Below, in pieces: positions 50,001 through 61,450 of a stretch of 64,000 nt of DNA. Every line of letters starts with the position of its first letter. The first letter of the stretch is position 1. The position numbers and the translations under genes were made by a program. The notes under the pieces are model-generated. The model ran no database searches and was not told the origin of the DNA. It saw only the letters and a program-made list of their open reading frames with translations. This DNA is from Lytechinus pictus (taxonomy: Eukaryota). Location of the stretch: NCBI RefSeq assembly GCF_037042905.1, contig NC_087249.1, forward strand, positions 6,698,001 to 6,762,000. The letters are read 5' to 3'.

Positions 50001-52839
50001 TAGTGGTGTGATGAGTTTCCCAACTTCCAGGTCAGAAACAGGACGAAATTTTGAAAATTTGCACTGAGGTGGAGTTGATGCTGGTGATGAAGATGAGTCA
50101 AGGAAGGCAGATACAACATTGGATATTTTCTTGACAAAGAACTTAGCAAACCTTTTGGCAAGTTCACAGTCAGGAAGAATCGACGAGTGATGCGGTGAGG
50201 AGAGTGACTTCACAAGACCGAAGAGCGTCTTGGTATCGGCATCGGCGATAAGATTCTTATGGTTTGGTCGACTTAGCCTTGAAGATACATACATAGTAGG
50301 ATTCACACTCGATACGATGATGTTCCTTGTCTGCAGAAAGTCCCGACTTCATCATACGAGTTGCGACCTCAGGTCTATCCTAAGAAGACCAGCTATAATC
50401 AGTTTACTCGTCCAATCGTGCGTACGCAATTGGTAAAACTTGCAAATAAATATAAATACTGATAAAATCTTGCTTTTGATTATAATTATTTTTTTAAATA
50501 ACTTTTCTGATTTACCTTGCCAAGACTGCTATACTATGCCTTATTAGCATAATCAGCATGCAATTTTCAGGCAAGCATTAGCTTTTTTGACAATAATCTC
50601 AAACCTTGCAAGCTTTGCGTGTGACTTACGGGTAACTATCTTTAGATGCGTAAATTATCGTCCTGTTGAAAAGCTTCAAAACTTACCCTCATCTGAGATG
50701 AAGAAGTTGAAGGCCTCATTCCAGGATAACGGCTGTGGGTCGGACTTGAAGAAATTATAAAATGAAACTAGACAGTCTCTTGCGTTGCGGGCTACATACA
50801 CAATCTGTGAGATTGGAAAAAGGAGATGAAGAGGGGGGAGAACGAACGAGGAAGGCAGGCAAAAGAAAGGGAGAGAGAAAGAGGGAGAAGGAGGTAGGAG
50901 AATTTTATGTAATTTCTTACATCCCTTCATTCTATGAATATATGTGAACATTTTATATGCTAAGGAGTTGCAACGTTTCAATATTGTCTGTAATTTCTGT
51001 AACACTTATAAAAATGTAATGCTTTTTCTTGTTATACTCCTTCTCTTGTAATAATCATAACATCCTTTGACCTTTATGATGCATCATACCATGCAGGAAT
51101 GAAATGAAATTAAGTAAAATGAATAAATAAATGAAATAAATTAATTAATAAAAAATGATGATGATGACAACAATAATAATGATAAAAATAATGATGATAA
51201 CAATAATAATGATAATAATAATGATAGCAATAATAATAATGATAATAATAATAATGATAACAATAATAATAATGATAATAATGACAATAACAATAGGCAT
51301 TTACAGTGCGCCATTTATCTAGAAATTATCTATTTCGAGGCGCGTTGCCATTATCATTATTACTACCCCTGCTTTAGCTCGAGCTGCCTTCTAGTTATTT
51401 GTATTCTTTGTTCGCGTACCTTTGGTTTCTTCTCCCATATCTGTTTTGGTACGAACTGAATAGGCAGATGTGTGATGTACATCCTCGGAGAATACATTTC
51501 AGCGACAACCTCGTATGATTTGCACTGATTAGGCCAAGCTGGAATCTCGAGTAAATGAGCTGATTGTTCGGAGCGTTCATGGCTTGAAACTTGGACACCC
51601 AAACTTTTGACAAGGGTCAATATCTCCAACATCCAGTGTGTACCTAACAAGAACAAAAAGATAAAATATATAACAATTTCTTAATGAAAATGACTTAAAA
51701 ATAAATCATTACTCCCATTCATCGTACAACGGCCATCTTTAAGGTTTAAATGTTTGTTAAGGTTTGTTAGCCAGTGATCATGGACATTTCAACAGGATAA
51801 AAAAAAATGTATTTCAATTTCTGCATCATCTTTCTATTAATTATATTTTAACTGAAAGATTACTAGGCTAGTTTATGATTCACCGGATCACAAATTAAAT
51901 ATGTTTGCTATAGTGTTCAACGATAAATTGATGCAAATGATCGATGAGAGCAGCTCGCAAATGATTTCACAAAAATGAAATTTTCTATAAATCATCAATT
52001 TTATCTGTCAATGGAATAGTCAAGCTTTACATTGAATTCCACGTCTTTGATTAGACAAAGTAAATGTCATTGGATTTTTCCTTATGGTCGTATGCAGCGG
52101 GGGCAGATGTGAGTTGCCCCAATAATTTTTTTTTTACTGAAAATTTTCACAGAATTAACCAAAAGTATGCATTAAATCCTCCAATTTAAGCTCCCCAGTG
52201 ACAAGCTTGGTCGCTTCGTTCCCTCGCTTTTGATTTTTTCTCCAAAAAATAATAACGCGTCCTGCACCCCCCGCCATGGGCGAAAATTCCAGGGGGTCCC
52301 CCTACCCAAAATAGTAGGGGGGCACAATATAAAATGTCCCCCTACTATTTTTTGGTTTTTTATGATGGAAAGAAATACATCATTCAAAATCGAAATAAAA
52401 CATGTATTTTGGACGAGATGACCTTATTTTTTGCTTGTCAAATTTCCCAGCCCCTGGTACCCCCCTCCTTTGGGGAGAGATTTCCGCCCTTGCCCCCCCC
52501 CCCCCGCAAAAAAATTATGTGTACGGCCATGAGCCAAGATGCAAATCCAATTGCAATCGTTTTTCAGGCCTTTTAAGATTTTAACGTTAGCCTATGTCCT
52601 CGTTCTCATTTACTTACATTTAAAGATTAGAAATTTATCTTGCATATTGAATGATAGATATTACCGCATTTTGGGTAGGTAGTCAAGATGACGTCATCTT
52701 CTCGAACTTCCATGTTCCGAATGCCTGCGATATCATCTGCCGTCATATAGGGTGCTAGGTGAATTCCCTCGTATGGGTAGGTATTCCTGATGTGGGCAGC
52801 CATACTCCGAGGAACGTTACTCATTTCAGGGTTCGCCAT
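43950..52839 (-). CDS. Cytosolic sulfotransferase (SULT1/2-like), intact copy B, 307 aa. complement join(52665..52839,51420..51643,50687..50804,46734..46828,44569..44761,43950..44068)
   Basis: 924 nt, all introns GT-AG, no internal stop. Motifs: 5'-PSB loop TYPKCGTHW, catalytic THLP, 3'-PB ARNARDCLVS, FEDMKKDP, HKGTVGGWK (RKGxxGxWK-like) and dimerisation motif KNIFTVAQNE. Confidence 0.92.
44569..44761 (-). CDS. SULT-B coding exon 5 (DPAGNVAKVAAHLG...PFLHK)
   Basis: ccgcag|...AAAG|gtacga. Confidence 0.9.
44838..46276. mobile_element. ~1.4-kb non-autonomous TIR element (Tc1/mariner-like, TA flanks) in SULT-B intron 4
   Basis: tacacaacaagaaaagtaagtccccc matches the reverse complement of gggggacttctttttttgttgtgta. 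Confidence 0.7.
45187..45346. mobile_element. 160-bp MITE with a 12-bp TIR and a 5-bp TSD, nested in the previous element
   Basis: TATTG|caggggccgcgg ... ccgcggcccctg|TATTG. Confidence 0.85.
46734..46828 (-). CDS. SULT-B coding exon 4 (VGYGSVFDHQYGFWKHR...FEDMKK)
   Basis: ctatgcag|...AAG|gtatat; 95 nt. Confidence 0.9.
46925..50450 (-). mobile_element. Cluster of nested, decayed LINE fragments in SULT-B intron 3
   Basis: Minus-strand RT remnants at 48400-48870 (KAFDTVDH, MYADEA) and 48975-50306 (CGVPQG, YADDTQIY). A plus-strand L2-like 3' end at ~47930-48395 (YGDKAF...PKLWNKL, (TATG)n tail) interrupts them. Boundaries approximate. Confidence 0.8.
50687..50804 (-). CDS. SULT-B coding exon 3 (IVYVARNARDCLVSF...FISDE)
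   Basis: tctcacag|...GAGG|gtaagt. Confidence 0.9.
51155..51390 (-). mobile_element. SINE 3' end with an expanded (TTA/TCA)n tail
   Basis: 51295-51390 resembles the reverse of the 36220-36320 SINE 3' part and adjoins a ~140-bp (AAT/GAT)n tract. Confidence 0.55.
51420..51643 (-). CDS. SULT-B coding exon 2 (GTHWMLEI...SPRMYITHLP...KKPK)
   Basis: ttgttag|...AAG|gtacgc. Confidence 0.9.
52665..52839 (-). CDS. SULT-B coding exon 1 (MANPEM...TTYPKC)
   Basis: ATG at 52839, donor G|gtaata; ORF 52627..52839. Confidence 0.9.
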
Positions 52840-52847
52840 CTTGTCTA

Positions 52848-53118
52848 CTCTCTAAATGCAAAAGAGCAAAGTCCCTTAGCACACTCCTCTCAGAGTGAGA
52901 TGATTAACCAGTCCTGATGGAATGAGATTTCAATCTTTCAAGAGTGACTTTTTAGTTTAGGAGTGAAAATGTAAAAAGTCAAGATACACACTTTCACTCT
53001 CAAATAGGTAAAACAATTCACTCTTGAAAGATTGAAATCTCATTCCATGAGGACTGGTATCTTATCTCAAACCGAGAGGAGTGAGATCAGGGACCAGATT
53101 AACCCTTTTGCAATAGAG
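52848..53118. mobile_element. Fold-back MITE with TA TSD immediately upstream of the SULT-B start codon
   Basis: Long inverted arms, e.g. ggaatgagatttcaatctttcaagagtga / tcactcttgaaagattgaaatctcattcc; TA at 52846-52847 and 53119-53120. Confidence 0.8.
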
Positions 53119-53172
53119 TAACTATCTTTCTTGGGAATACGATCTAGAAAAGTGGTCAGTTTGGTTTAATTC

Positions 53173-53790
53173 TGTGCCGATGTAGCGGCAGATTTGGTCC
53201 TCCGGCGGATACCGTATCCACCGGCAGATATCGTTCACACTTGGAACCATATCTGTCGGGTTTACGCCGCGGTTTGATGTTTGCAGATTTGGTTCCTCGT
53301 CGGAATTGGTTCAGATTGACTACGTATATTCATTATGACGTCACCCTCGGCAGGCTCTGGCAATATCGGGAGGGGGAGCATAGGGGGTGGGGGCAGCGAG
53401 TTCGCACGTATATACGTCACGTACCACGTGACGTATATACGTACGGTATTATTATTTTATTTTTTTTAAACAAGTTCTCACACCAAGTTACCAATAATGC
53501 ATATAGCATTTCCATTTATTTGAAAGCAGGATAAAAGAGCATTTGCTCACGGGCATAGGTGCCGCGGCCGGGGATCGAATCCCGGACTTTCTATGTATAG
53601 CTAGGCGCCTTAGATCACTCGGCCACGGCACCTCCACGTGCATGAACGATAGCAAGAACGATATATGCCAAAGAGAAATTGCGGGAGAAATTTGTATTGA
53701 ATCAGCCGGAGTTGAAACACGATCCGCCGGCGAATTGTGTGCCTAGTACCGTATCTGCCAGTCACCGGATTCGCCGCTACACCGGCAGGT
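53173..53790. mobile_element. Degenerate TIR element containing a SINE fragment and a perfect palindrome
   Basis: tgccgatgtagcggc... versus ...gccgctacaccggca inverted termini. Confidence 0.55.
53495..53640 (-). mobile_element. tRNA-derived SINE 5' fragment
   Basis: Reverse complement reads ggtgccgtggccgagtgatctaaggcgcc...gggattcgatccccggccgcggcacc (A and B boxes), then non-tRNA body sequence. Confidence 0.7.
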
Positions 53791-54298
53791 TGTAACACGT
53801 ACAAGACAATATTTAACATTTATTTCAGTCAATAGAAATAAAATATATACCTTATGCTTCCTTTATATAATAGGCCTAAATGCAGATATTTTCTACTCGT
53901 AGGCAAACATAGCTCTTCGTCATGATGTTTTGTTAATGTTTGATATTTATCCGCCATTTCCCCTGTTCTGTGAGGGCAGAATATTTATTTTTCGAAATGG
54001 AAATGAAAAAAGGAAAACATTGATAGAGTGCACTAGTGTAACGAACGCCAAAATAAACATTTGATGAATCGTATATAATTATATACTGTCATGTTGGTAG
54101 GGATTTGATTTAAATTCATGTCTATGAAGAAATAGATAAAATAGAAAAAAAAAGCATAATAAGGTATAGGGCAAGACTTACTTTGCAAATGATATATGGT
54201 TATGAGAAAAAAGCTACAATGACCTAACGAAAAAAATATAATTTTTGGATAGGCCTAATTTTAGTAGGGGACAGTAGCGCATTTTCGCAATCAATATA

Positions 54299-54564
54299 TA
54301 CGCAGACGCTTTCAACAACGCGCCAATTCTGAAAATGCAAGTCAAATCACAGTGGACAGCTAAGAGGCTTTTGTCGAAAGTTGAAGGACCGGGACAGCAG
54401 CAGATCGTTCGAAGATTCGGACCAGCCGAAAAATCGCAAATATGCCGTTCTCCAGAGTCCAGGACAAAACTGCTGATTTGATTAACCGATTTTCGACAAA
54501 GTATTTTTTGTCATTGGAGGGCTTTTTACAAAAGATTCTCTGCGTTGAAGAAAGCGTCTACGTA
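54299..54564. mobile_element. MITE-like inverted-repeat element
   Basis: tacgcagacgctttcaacaacgc / gcgttgaagaaagcgtctacgta, plus an inner ttgtcgaaa / tttcgacaa pair. Confidence 0.6.
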
Positions 54565-54579
54565 TTCCCCATCCCCTCT

Positions 54580-55160
54580 CCAAGTTCACCTCAATAAGAA
54601 GTTGATTCGAATAAAAAGAGGAAAATCTATCAAGCATAACACTGAAAATTTGATCAAAATCGGAGGTAAAATAAGAAAGTTATGGCATTTTTAAATTTCG
54701 CTTAATTTCACAAAACAGTTACATGTACAGTATATAAGCACAGACTGGTCGGTATGCAAATGAGGGGAGTGATGACGTCACTCACTATTTCTTTTGTATT
54801 TTATCAAATGAAATATGGAATATTCTAATTTTTCCTCATTCTCATGTGAAACAACGTTTTCTTGCTCCCTGAACTGGTGGAAATACAATTGTTTTATCAT
54901 TTTATGGTTCAGTCAAGTTTGCCCTTATGGTCAATTCTGTAAAAAATGAAATATTGTATAATTCAAACAATAAAAAACAAAAGAAATAATGAGTGAGTTA
55001 CACCATCGACTCTCTCATATTGCATACCACTGAGTTGTGCATGTAACTGTTTTATGAAAAATAAGCGAAAATTTAAAATGTCATAACTTTCTTATTTTAC
55101 ATCCGGTTTTGATGAAAATTTCAGCGTTATGCTTGTTTGATTTTTCTGGGGTGGACCTGA
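54580..55160. mobile_element. ~600-bp palindromic non-autonomous DNA transposon (Kolobok-like); second copy at 62547-63140
   Basis: The two copies align along their length, with long inverted arms (aaaataagaaagttatg / cataactttcttattttacatc). The second copy starts TTAA|aggacaagtcc. Superfamily is inferred. Confidence 0.75.
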
Positions 55161-55439
55161 CCCAAAGACCTTATAATATATTACTAGACCGAAAGCTGCG
55201 TGCGCGTTCAGCACAAAACAAATGAGATTAGGCTCCGCCTACCGCGATCATTTGAAGACAAAAATAAGCCCTCATTGACATTCATGAGCATGAAGATATT
55301 CATAATCCGGCCTTTTCATTGGCTAAGAGCGTCATTAATACGCGATTACCCCGATTCTTTGTCATCGATACTAGTGGTATCGTGTTGCAGAATTAATTAT
55401 TCATTTGACCTCATTACGTCATCTAATTTATTCATTCTG

Positions 55440-58320
55440 AAACTTTTCTTTCCACACACGAAATGGACCTACGAACACTCCGGTGAGTACGTATAAATTG
55501 ATATAACCACATGAATTCAGTGGACTATTTACACATTTCACACTGTATTTTGTGATCTTAGGTTATTTCTTTAACAAATTAGAGAGTTTGCTATCATTCT
55601 TCTGTTAAAGGAAAGCAGAATTTGGTCTTTGAAATTGAAGTTAGATTGTCATCGTCGCCCAGTGCAGCCTGTATGTTGTGTGCAGTGTTGTGGTTATGCC
55701 GTTATGCCGCTGTGTTAACCACATGTATTTTGTACGGGCTCCTAGCCGGCTGGGAATCGAGAGATAATCGGGCTGGTTTGGTTCACCTCCAACAAGGACC
55801 AACCCACGGTTGATTAAAACAAGAAGAATGAGGCTTCTTTTTGTACACTGTAACGTTAGATCTAGAGGGAGATCTGCATCTATCTTCAGTAGATCGAGAC
55901 TCAGTCAGGAATAAACTGTGATTGTGAAGCGGAGTGTGGATGAAGATACGCCTGTCATTATGTCAAGCCTCAGTCCTCACTTTGTTTCTGATATCAAATT
56001 TATTTTGCATAACTTCAGGCTTCTGCATTTAGCCCCCCCCCCATTTTAACTCTTATTGTTATTTATAAATATATTTAGACTCGGTCTTAGAAATAACATG
56101 CTGCTCTGCATGTTTGTCTTATTATCAATAGATCTAGGACCTAGATCTTCTTAATCCTAAGCCCTAACTTTTTTTACTTAGGCCCTACTTTCTTTATAGT
56201 CTAGCGGTAGAGTCTAGGCCCTACTTAGATCTAGGCTACTTTTTTACTTTTATTTATTCATCGATGCTATCAAGAGCTAGGCCTACCTAATTCAAATCTA
56301 GTCTAACTTATACTTTCCCAACCCTCTACACTTACCCCCAGGGCTTATAGGTCTGTAATGTAGGCCTAGATCTAGGTCTGGGCCTTGCCCCGGGAACCTC
56401 GACACGACGTCTTTAGACAGTGTTCGGGCTGCCGCAGTAAGGTCTGGGCCTAAACGACTCCATTTAAGTTTAACTTACATGTACGAGTATGACTGTCAGT
56501 GGACCAAGGACTAGATCTAGATCTACTCTCGGTCAATAATGGCAATGAAGTCTTAGCCAGGAATAAAAGTCAGAGTCAGACATCAAACATTTCTAAACCG
56601 ATATAGGGTCTAGATCTCTGTTTAGAACCGAAGCTTTACTTTCTAGGTCTAGATAGATCGAGAGTCCATCGTTAGTCTAGATCTAGACCTAATTTACGAT
56701 ACATGAATGCTGTCGCACAGCACTGAGTCTCGTTGGAGTAGATCTATACTTTCTTACAAATAGATCTAGACCTAGTGCATGAGATTATGAAATTATGTTA
56801 AAATCAAATGAAATAAGATTCGGAAATAAAAAGATCCAGATTTTTTTTTTTTTTTTTTTTTTTGGGGGGGGGGCAGACATGTGAAAAAATTTAGAGAAAC
56901 CTAAAATTCAGAAAGCGAGGGCCAGAAGCGACCAATATTACCCAGGGCCGTTTTGTGCATTTTCTAAAGTAAAATTGAAGGATTTCATGCAATTCTCTTT
57001 TTGATGAAGGTTTTCACATTCCAGCTCTTACCCAAACCCCTCCCCCTATACATACGGCCATGACTCAAAAGATCACTTATTATTGTTCTCTCTTTTCTTT
57101 CACATACAGGTTGAGTTTGAAGAACAAGAAAAACAGTAGAGGTCTACCTATATGGTTCAAGATGATGATCATAAGTGCATGCATCATTTTGCAGATTCTC
57201 ATCCAGGTATAAAACATAAACTAACCCATACAAAATTACAGATACATTACATGCATTGAATGTTAACCATGTTTACATTAAATAAAAATAATCCGAGCCA
57301 CAAAGAGGTAGGATCTGTAATGAATGTACACTTCTTAAATATGCAGGCTCTCGAGTCTAAAATAGAACCAATGCCAAAAGTTATGTACCTTGGGCAAATT
57401 TATAAAATAAGGTCATGTCCTTGATCTACTAGTAATAAAATTGCCTTTTTATTTCCTATTTGTTTATAAACAAAGCAATATTTATTTTTCATATTTTACA
57501 AAATTCATTTTATTCATTCTTTAGTGTGATATTCATATTTCATATTTGTAGATTTACGATTTTTTTTAAAATCTTGTTATTTTACATTTTGTCCAATAGG
57601 ATGATGCAGTTTTGCAATTTCCATGGAGGTGATTGATGATGATAAATAATTGGTGAAGTAGGCCTAATAGAACAGCGACTAGACCACAAAGAAAAAAAAT
57701 ACAACCTACAGCAGTTATATGAGTGAGTTAATTAGTGAATATTTTTAATAATGGAGGTTGTTCACATTTTTTTAGCATAAAATAGACCTGCCTTTGAAAA
57801 ACCCATTTCAATTTTGTTTTTAGATTATAGTTAGTGTCGTTTTTAATCACAGATCAAAACATTCTGTGCAACAAAACATCAACTTTAATTCTGACTATTT
57901 ATATAATTTACTTATGTTGATTCATATATTCATATTTACGAGAAATCTCTGACATTTTTTCATAGAGTACATGTAGTTATAATGGAGAGTGGTATGTAAA
58001 CTGCATAGAACAGGTTTAAGTGATATGCTTTATAGAAGTACAAGTTTATAATTAGTAGAAGTAAGATTTCCTGTTATGTGTTGAAGAAACATATTTATGT
58101 ATAGTCTCACTTTTCTTAAAACATTTATGTTTTATAAATCACGACAATTTTAATTCAAATTCATTGATTTTCATTCTCTTTTTTTTTTCAATCTGCAGGA
58201 CTGGTGTAACAGATGTTTTCATTCAAGAAATCCAACAATTCAACATTGAAGAGTCTGACTTAGGAACCACTTGATGAAGATGGAAAAGGATTTTTTTTTC
58301 CAAGTCCAATTAAAAAAAAA
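55440..58320 (+). other. Putative spliced transcript (lncRNA or small-ORF gene): exons ...55482, 57110..57206, 57600..57722, 58199..~58320
   Basis: Donors ccg|gtgagt (55483), cag|gtataa (57207) and ga|gtgagt (57723). Acceptors with long pyrimidine tracts at 57109, 57599 and 58198. ATTGG and TTACGTCA motifs upstream; ATTAAA at ~58309. No recognised homology. Confidence 0.4.
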
Positions 58321-59560
58321 AAAAAATTAGTATCACAACCCCAAATTCATGACGTATGAAATTTCTTGTTGATTTTCATTAAAACTGGTTGCAAAAGGAG
58401 AAGCTATAAACATACAAATAGGAGCGGCGGAGTGAAGTTGAAAGTGGGGGGGGGGGGGCATAGGGAAAATGCTGTATTACGTGGAATTTTTAAGAAGTTG
58501 CGAGCGAGCAAAATTTTGACATTTTTCAAAAGAAAATCTAAAATATTCAGAATGATATCTTTCACCCTTTTCTTTCCTTTTCTCTCTTTTTTTTTTTTTG
58601 GGGGGGGGGGGCAAGAGTCCTTCAAGCCCCCCCCCCCATCTGTACGAAACTGCTTATATACCCCCACTCATGAATTATTAAACTTAATGCACAAAGAATT
58701 TCCTTCATAAGTATATTATCGAAATGAGAATATTGTTTTGTTGTTTCAAAGGGCAATCGTCATGGTGACCATAAAACGGGTCCTTCTCAGGTGAAAGGGG
58801 CACAGAACAAGTTCTTTAGGAGCACTTTTCTTGGGTAAAAGGGGGCAGTGATTCGAGAAAGGGCACTTACAAGAAGGCCAGGGGCGCTCTTTAACACCTG
58901 AAAGGGCCCTCAGATGAAAGGGCACAGAACATGTTCCGGGGGGGGGGCATTTTTGGGTAGAAAAATTGCATACAAGGAAGAGCACTTGGTAACACCCAAA
59001 ACAGGTTTTCGTCAGGTGAAAGGGAAACAGTACACGTTCGTGAGGGGGCATTTTTCTTGCATAAAAAGGCACTTTTTAGTGCTTCAAGAAGTAGGGGAAC
59101 TGTGCCCCCCCCCTCCCCAGGATCGCTGCCCCAGCATACAAAAAAAAATATTTTGGTTCAAAATATTAACATACGCTTAAGAAAAAGGTCAAGCTTGATC
59201 CTCTGATAATGTGATATTTTTTTATGGCTAATTAATAAAATTCACCACTAACCAGAAAAAAGACAGAAAAATGTCTTTCATTTGTGTTCATATAGTATTT
59301 GTACAGAGCTAAAATGAAATGGATTTGGAATTGGCAAAATTCAAAATGAGATGAAGATCGAGAGAGGGAAAGAGTGATGAGAAGTGGGTTGAAAAGAGAT
59401 GAGAAAGAAATGGATGGGCACATATGAAGAGATAATGTAGAGGGGGTGGTAAGAGAGCTAGAATGTGGGAAGTAGGAACAAAAGGGGTGGAAGAGAAATA
59501 AGACGAGATTTATGGAAACCAACAGATAACAAGTGGGAAAAGAAGCAGGAAATATATGAA

Positions 59561-60570
59561 GAGTTAAGTTGCAAAAGGGGTTAGGGCCACTTTGGACCAT
59601 TCCGAGAAAAACCATGTTTTTATTCTCACTTATTGCAATATTCTTATGAGAAACTTAATTGTCATGATGTACTACTTTATCATGTGAACATAAAATTGGG
59701 TATAAAAGAAATCTACCTGTCTTCAATTATTTTCTATATACATTAAAACAAATATAATTGTGTACCTAACCCCTTTTGCAAGTAAATTGAAGTGAATCCA
59801 ATCTCTTTTGATTAAAAAAGTGTTTTTTTTTTACCACTTCCATTCACGTTTTCATTTGAATTTAGAGACAGAAAACAATAAAATATATGAAAAATGGACC
59901 TAACCCATTTGGACAAATGAGTTCTTCAGAAGAGTTTAGTTGCAAAAGGGGTTAGGTCCACTCCAAGAAAATAATTTTTATTTTATTCTCCCACTATGGC
60001 ATATTGCAATATTCTTATGCGAAACTGAATTTTCATGATACCCTTCCATGAGAACATAAAATTGGGTATAAAAGATATCTACTTGTCTTCATATTTTTTA
60101 AGATATTATTTTCCAAAAAAAGTCTGTGTGGTCCTAACCCCTTTTGCAATTAAACTGAAATGGACCTAACCCCTTTTGAAAAAAAGGTGATTTTTCTTTG
60201 CCATATTAGTTCACTTTTTAATAGGAATTTCAACTTTTCTATGGTATCATCTTATATAGCTACTAAAAATCTATACATTAAGGGGGTGTTGCAAGAAAAT
60301 ATTTGCAATCAATCGCAAATATTCAGTTGCAATTCTACAATTGATTGATCACTTTCAACTATGAAAAGTCTATAGCAAATCAAATTACACTCCTTGTTTC
60401 ATGGAGCAGATTAGCAATCAATCGCAAATTTGCAATTAATTGCATGGCATATGCTTGATCTCGGTAACGAAAATAGACTTGCAATTGATCGCAAGTTTCT
60501 TGCAACGCCCCATAAGACATAAAAATCAAGTTTGATGAAAAATGGACCTAACCCCTTTTGAAAATGAGCT
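59561..60570. mobile_element. Two tandem copies of a GAG...CTC-terminated TIR element (Sola-like), the second containing a family-4 MITE
   Basis: gagtt(a/t)agttgcaaaaggggttagg at 59561 and 59932; inverted cctaaccccttttg motifs at ~59766, 60133, 60165 and 60547. Confidence 0.6.
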
Positions 60571-61286
60571 CTACATAATTATGTAAGAGAAAGGCGGCAC
60601 AAAATAATTTTGAGTGGGAAAATGATTAAATGGAAAAAAAAAACAGAATAAGAAATGCTGGAGAATAAAGGGGACAGGAAACGTATTAAACATGATAAAT
60701 TGGGGCCCGTTTCATCATGAGTTACAAGTATGGTAACTACGATTTAGGGATGGCAAAAGCACTAGAGACCTCTCTACCTTATCACGACTTGATCTACTCT
60801 TTTCATCTTCCCTTTTGGAATTAGCAAAGGCCTATAAGACGCAATACAAACAATGCTTTGTTTTGAAGTGATATCGCTTGTGATATCGATACTTTATAGA
60901 GCGCAACGTATCGTCTCAGATTTGCGCTTGCTTGATTCGCTGAATCCTTCGCGTCACGAGCGCGTAACAAAATGAATACATTAATGAATTTGCCAAGTTG
61001 ACCTTTGTCATTGCGCTGATGTGCGTATCGTCTAATACACGTACACAACCACAGTTGACGAGGGAGCATCGTACGAAATTAATATTAATGAGGGCTTATT
61101 TTAGCTTCTAATGGATTAAACAAAATGGCGGTAGCTTCGGGGGCTTGACCTGACCTTTACAATACGCTAATACTTTTTTGATAGGCCAACGCATGTACAC
61201 TGATCACGCGCTCCTTGGTTAATAACCACCCTCCACCAGCCAGCCCTCGTAGCCCCCACCAACCCGTAATTGGTTACAGTATTTTA

Positions 61287-61450
61287 CTCACAGTTCTTCA
61301 GCCTCTTTCTCGTAAGATATTGTCAATCTACAGTCTACAGGGGCACTGATAGAATGGACGATCTACAAATCTGGCGAATTACAAACAGATCTACTTGGTT
61401 CTTGAAATAAATGTTTGCCACGAACTTTACTTCGATCTACAAGTGCTTTT
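61287..61450 (-). promoter_or_regulatory. Putative non-coding first exon of SULT-B (donor gtgagtaaaatac at 61291)
   Basis: Homologous to the 36475-36520 segment upstream of SULT-A; the 5' boundary is approximate. Confidence 0.45.

Noticed and set aside
55483..58198. Intronic snoRNAs in the putative nested transcript (snoRNA host gene idea)
   Set aside because: I found no convincing box C/D pair with a terminal stem or H/ACA hairpins by eye; an Rfam/snoscan search would be needed.
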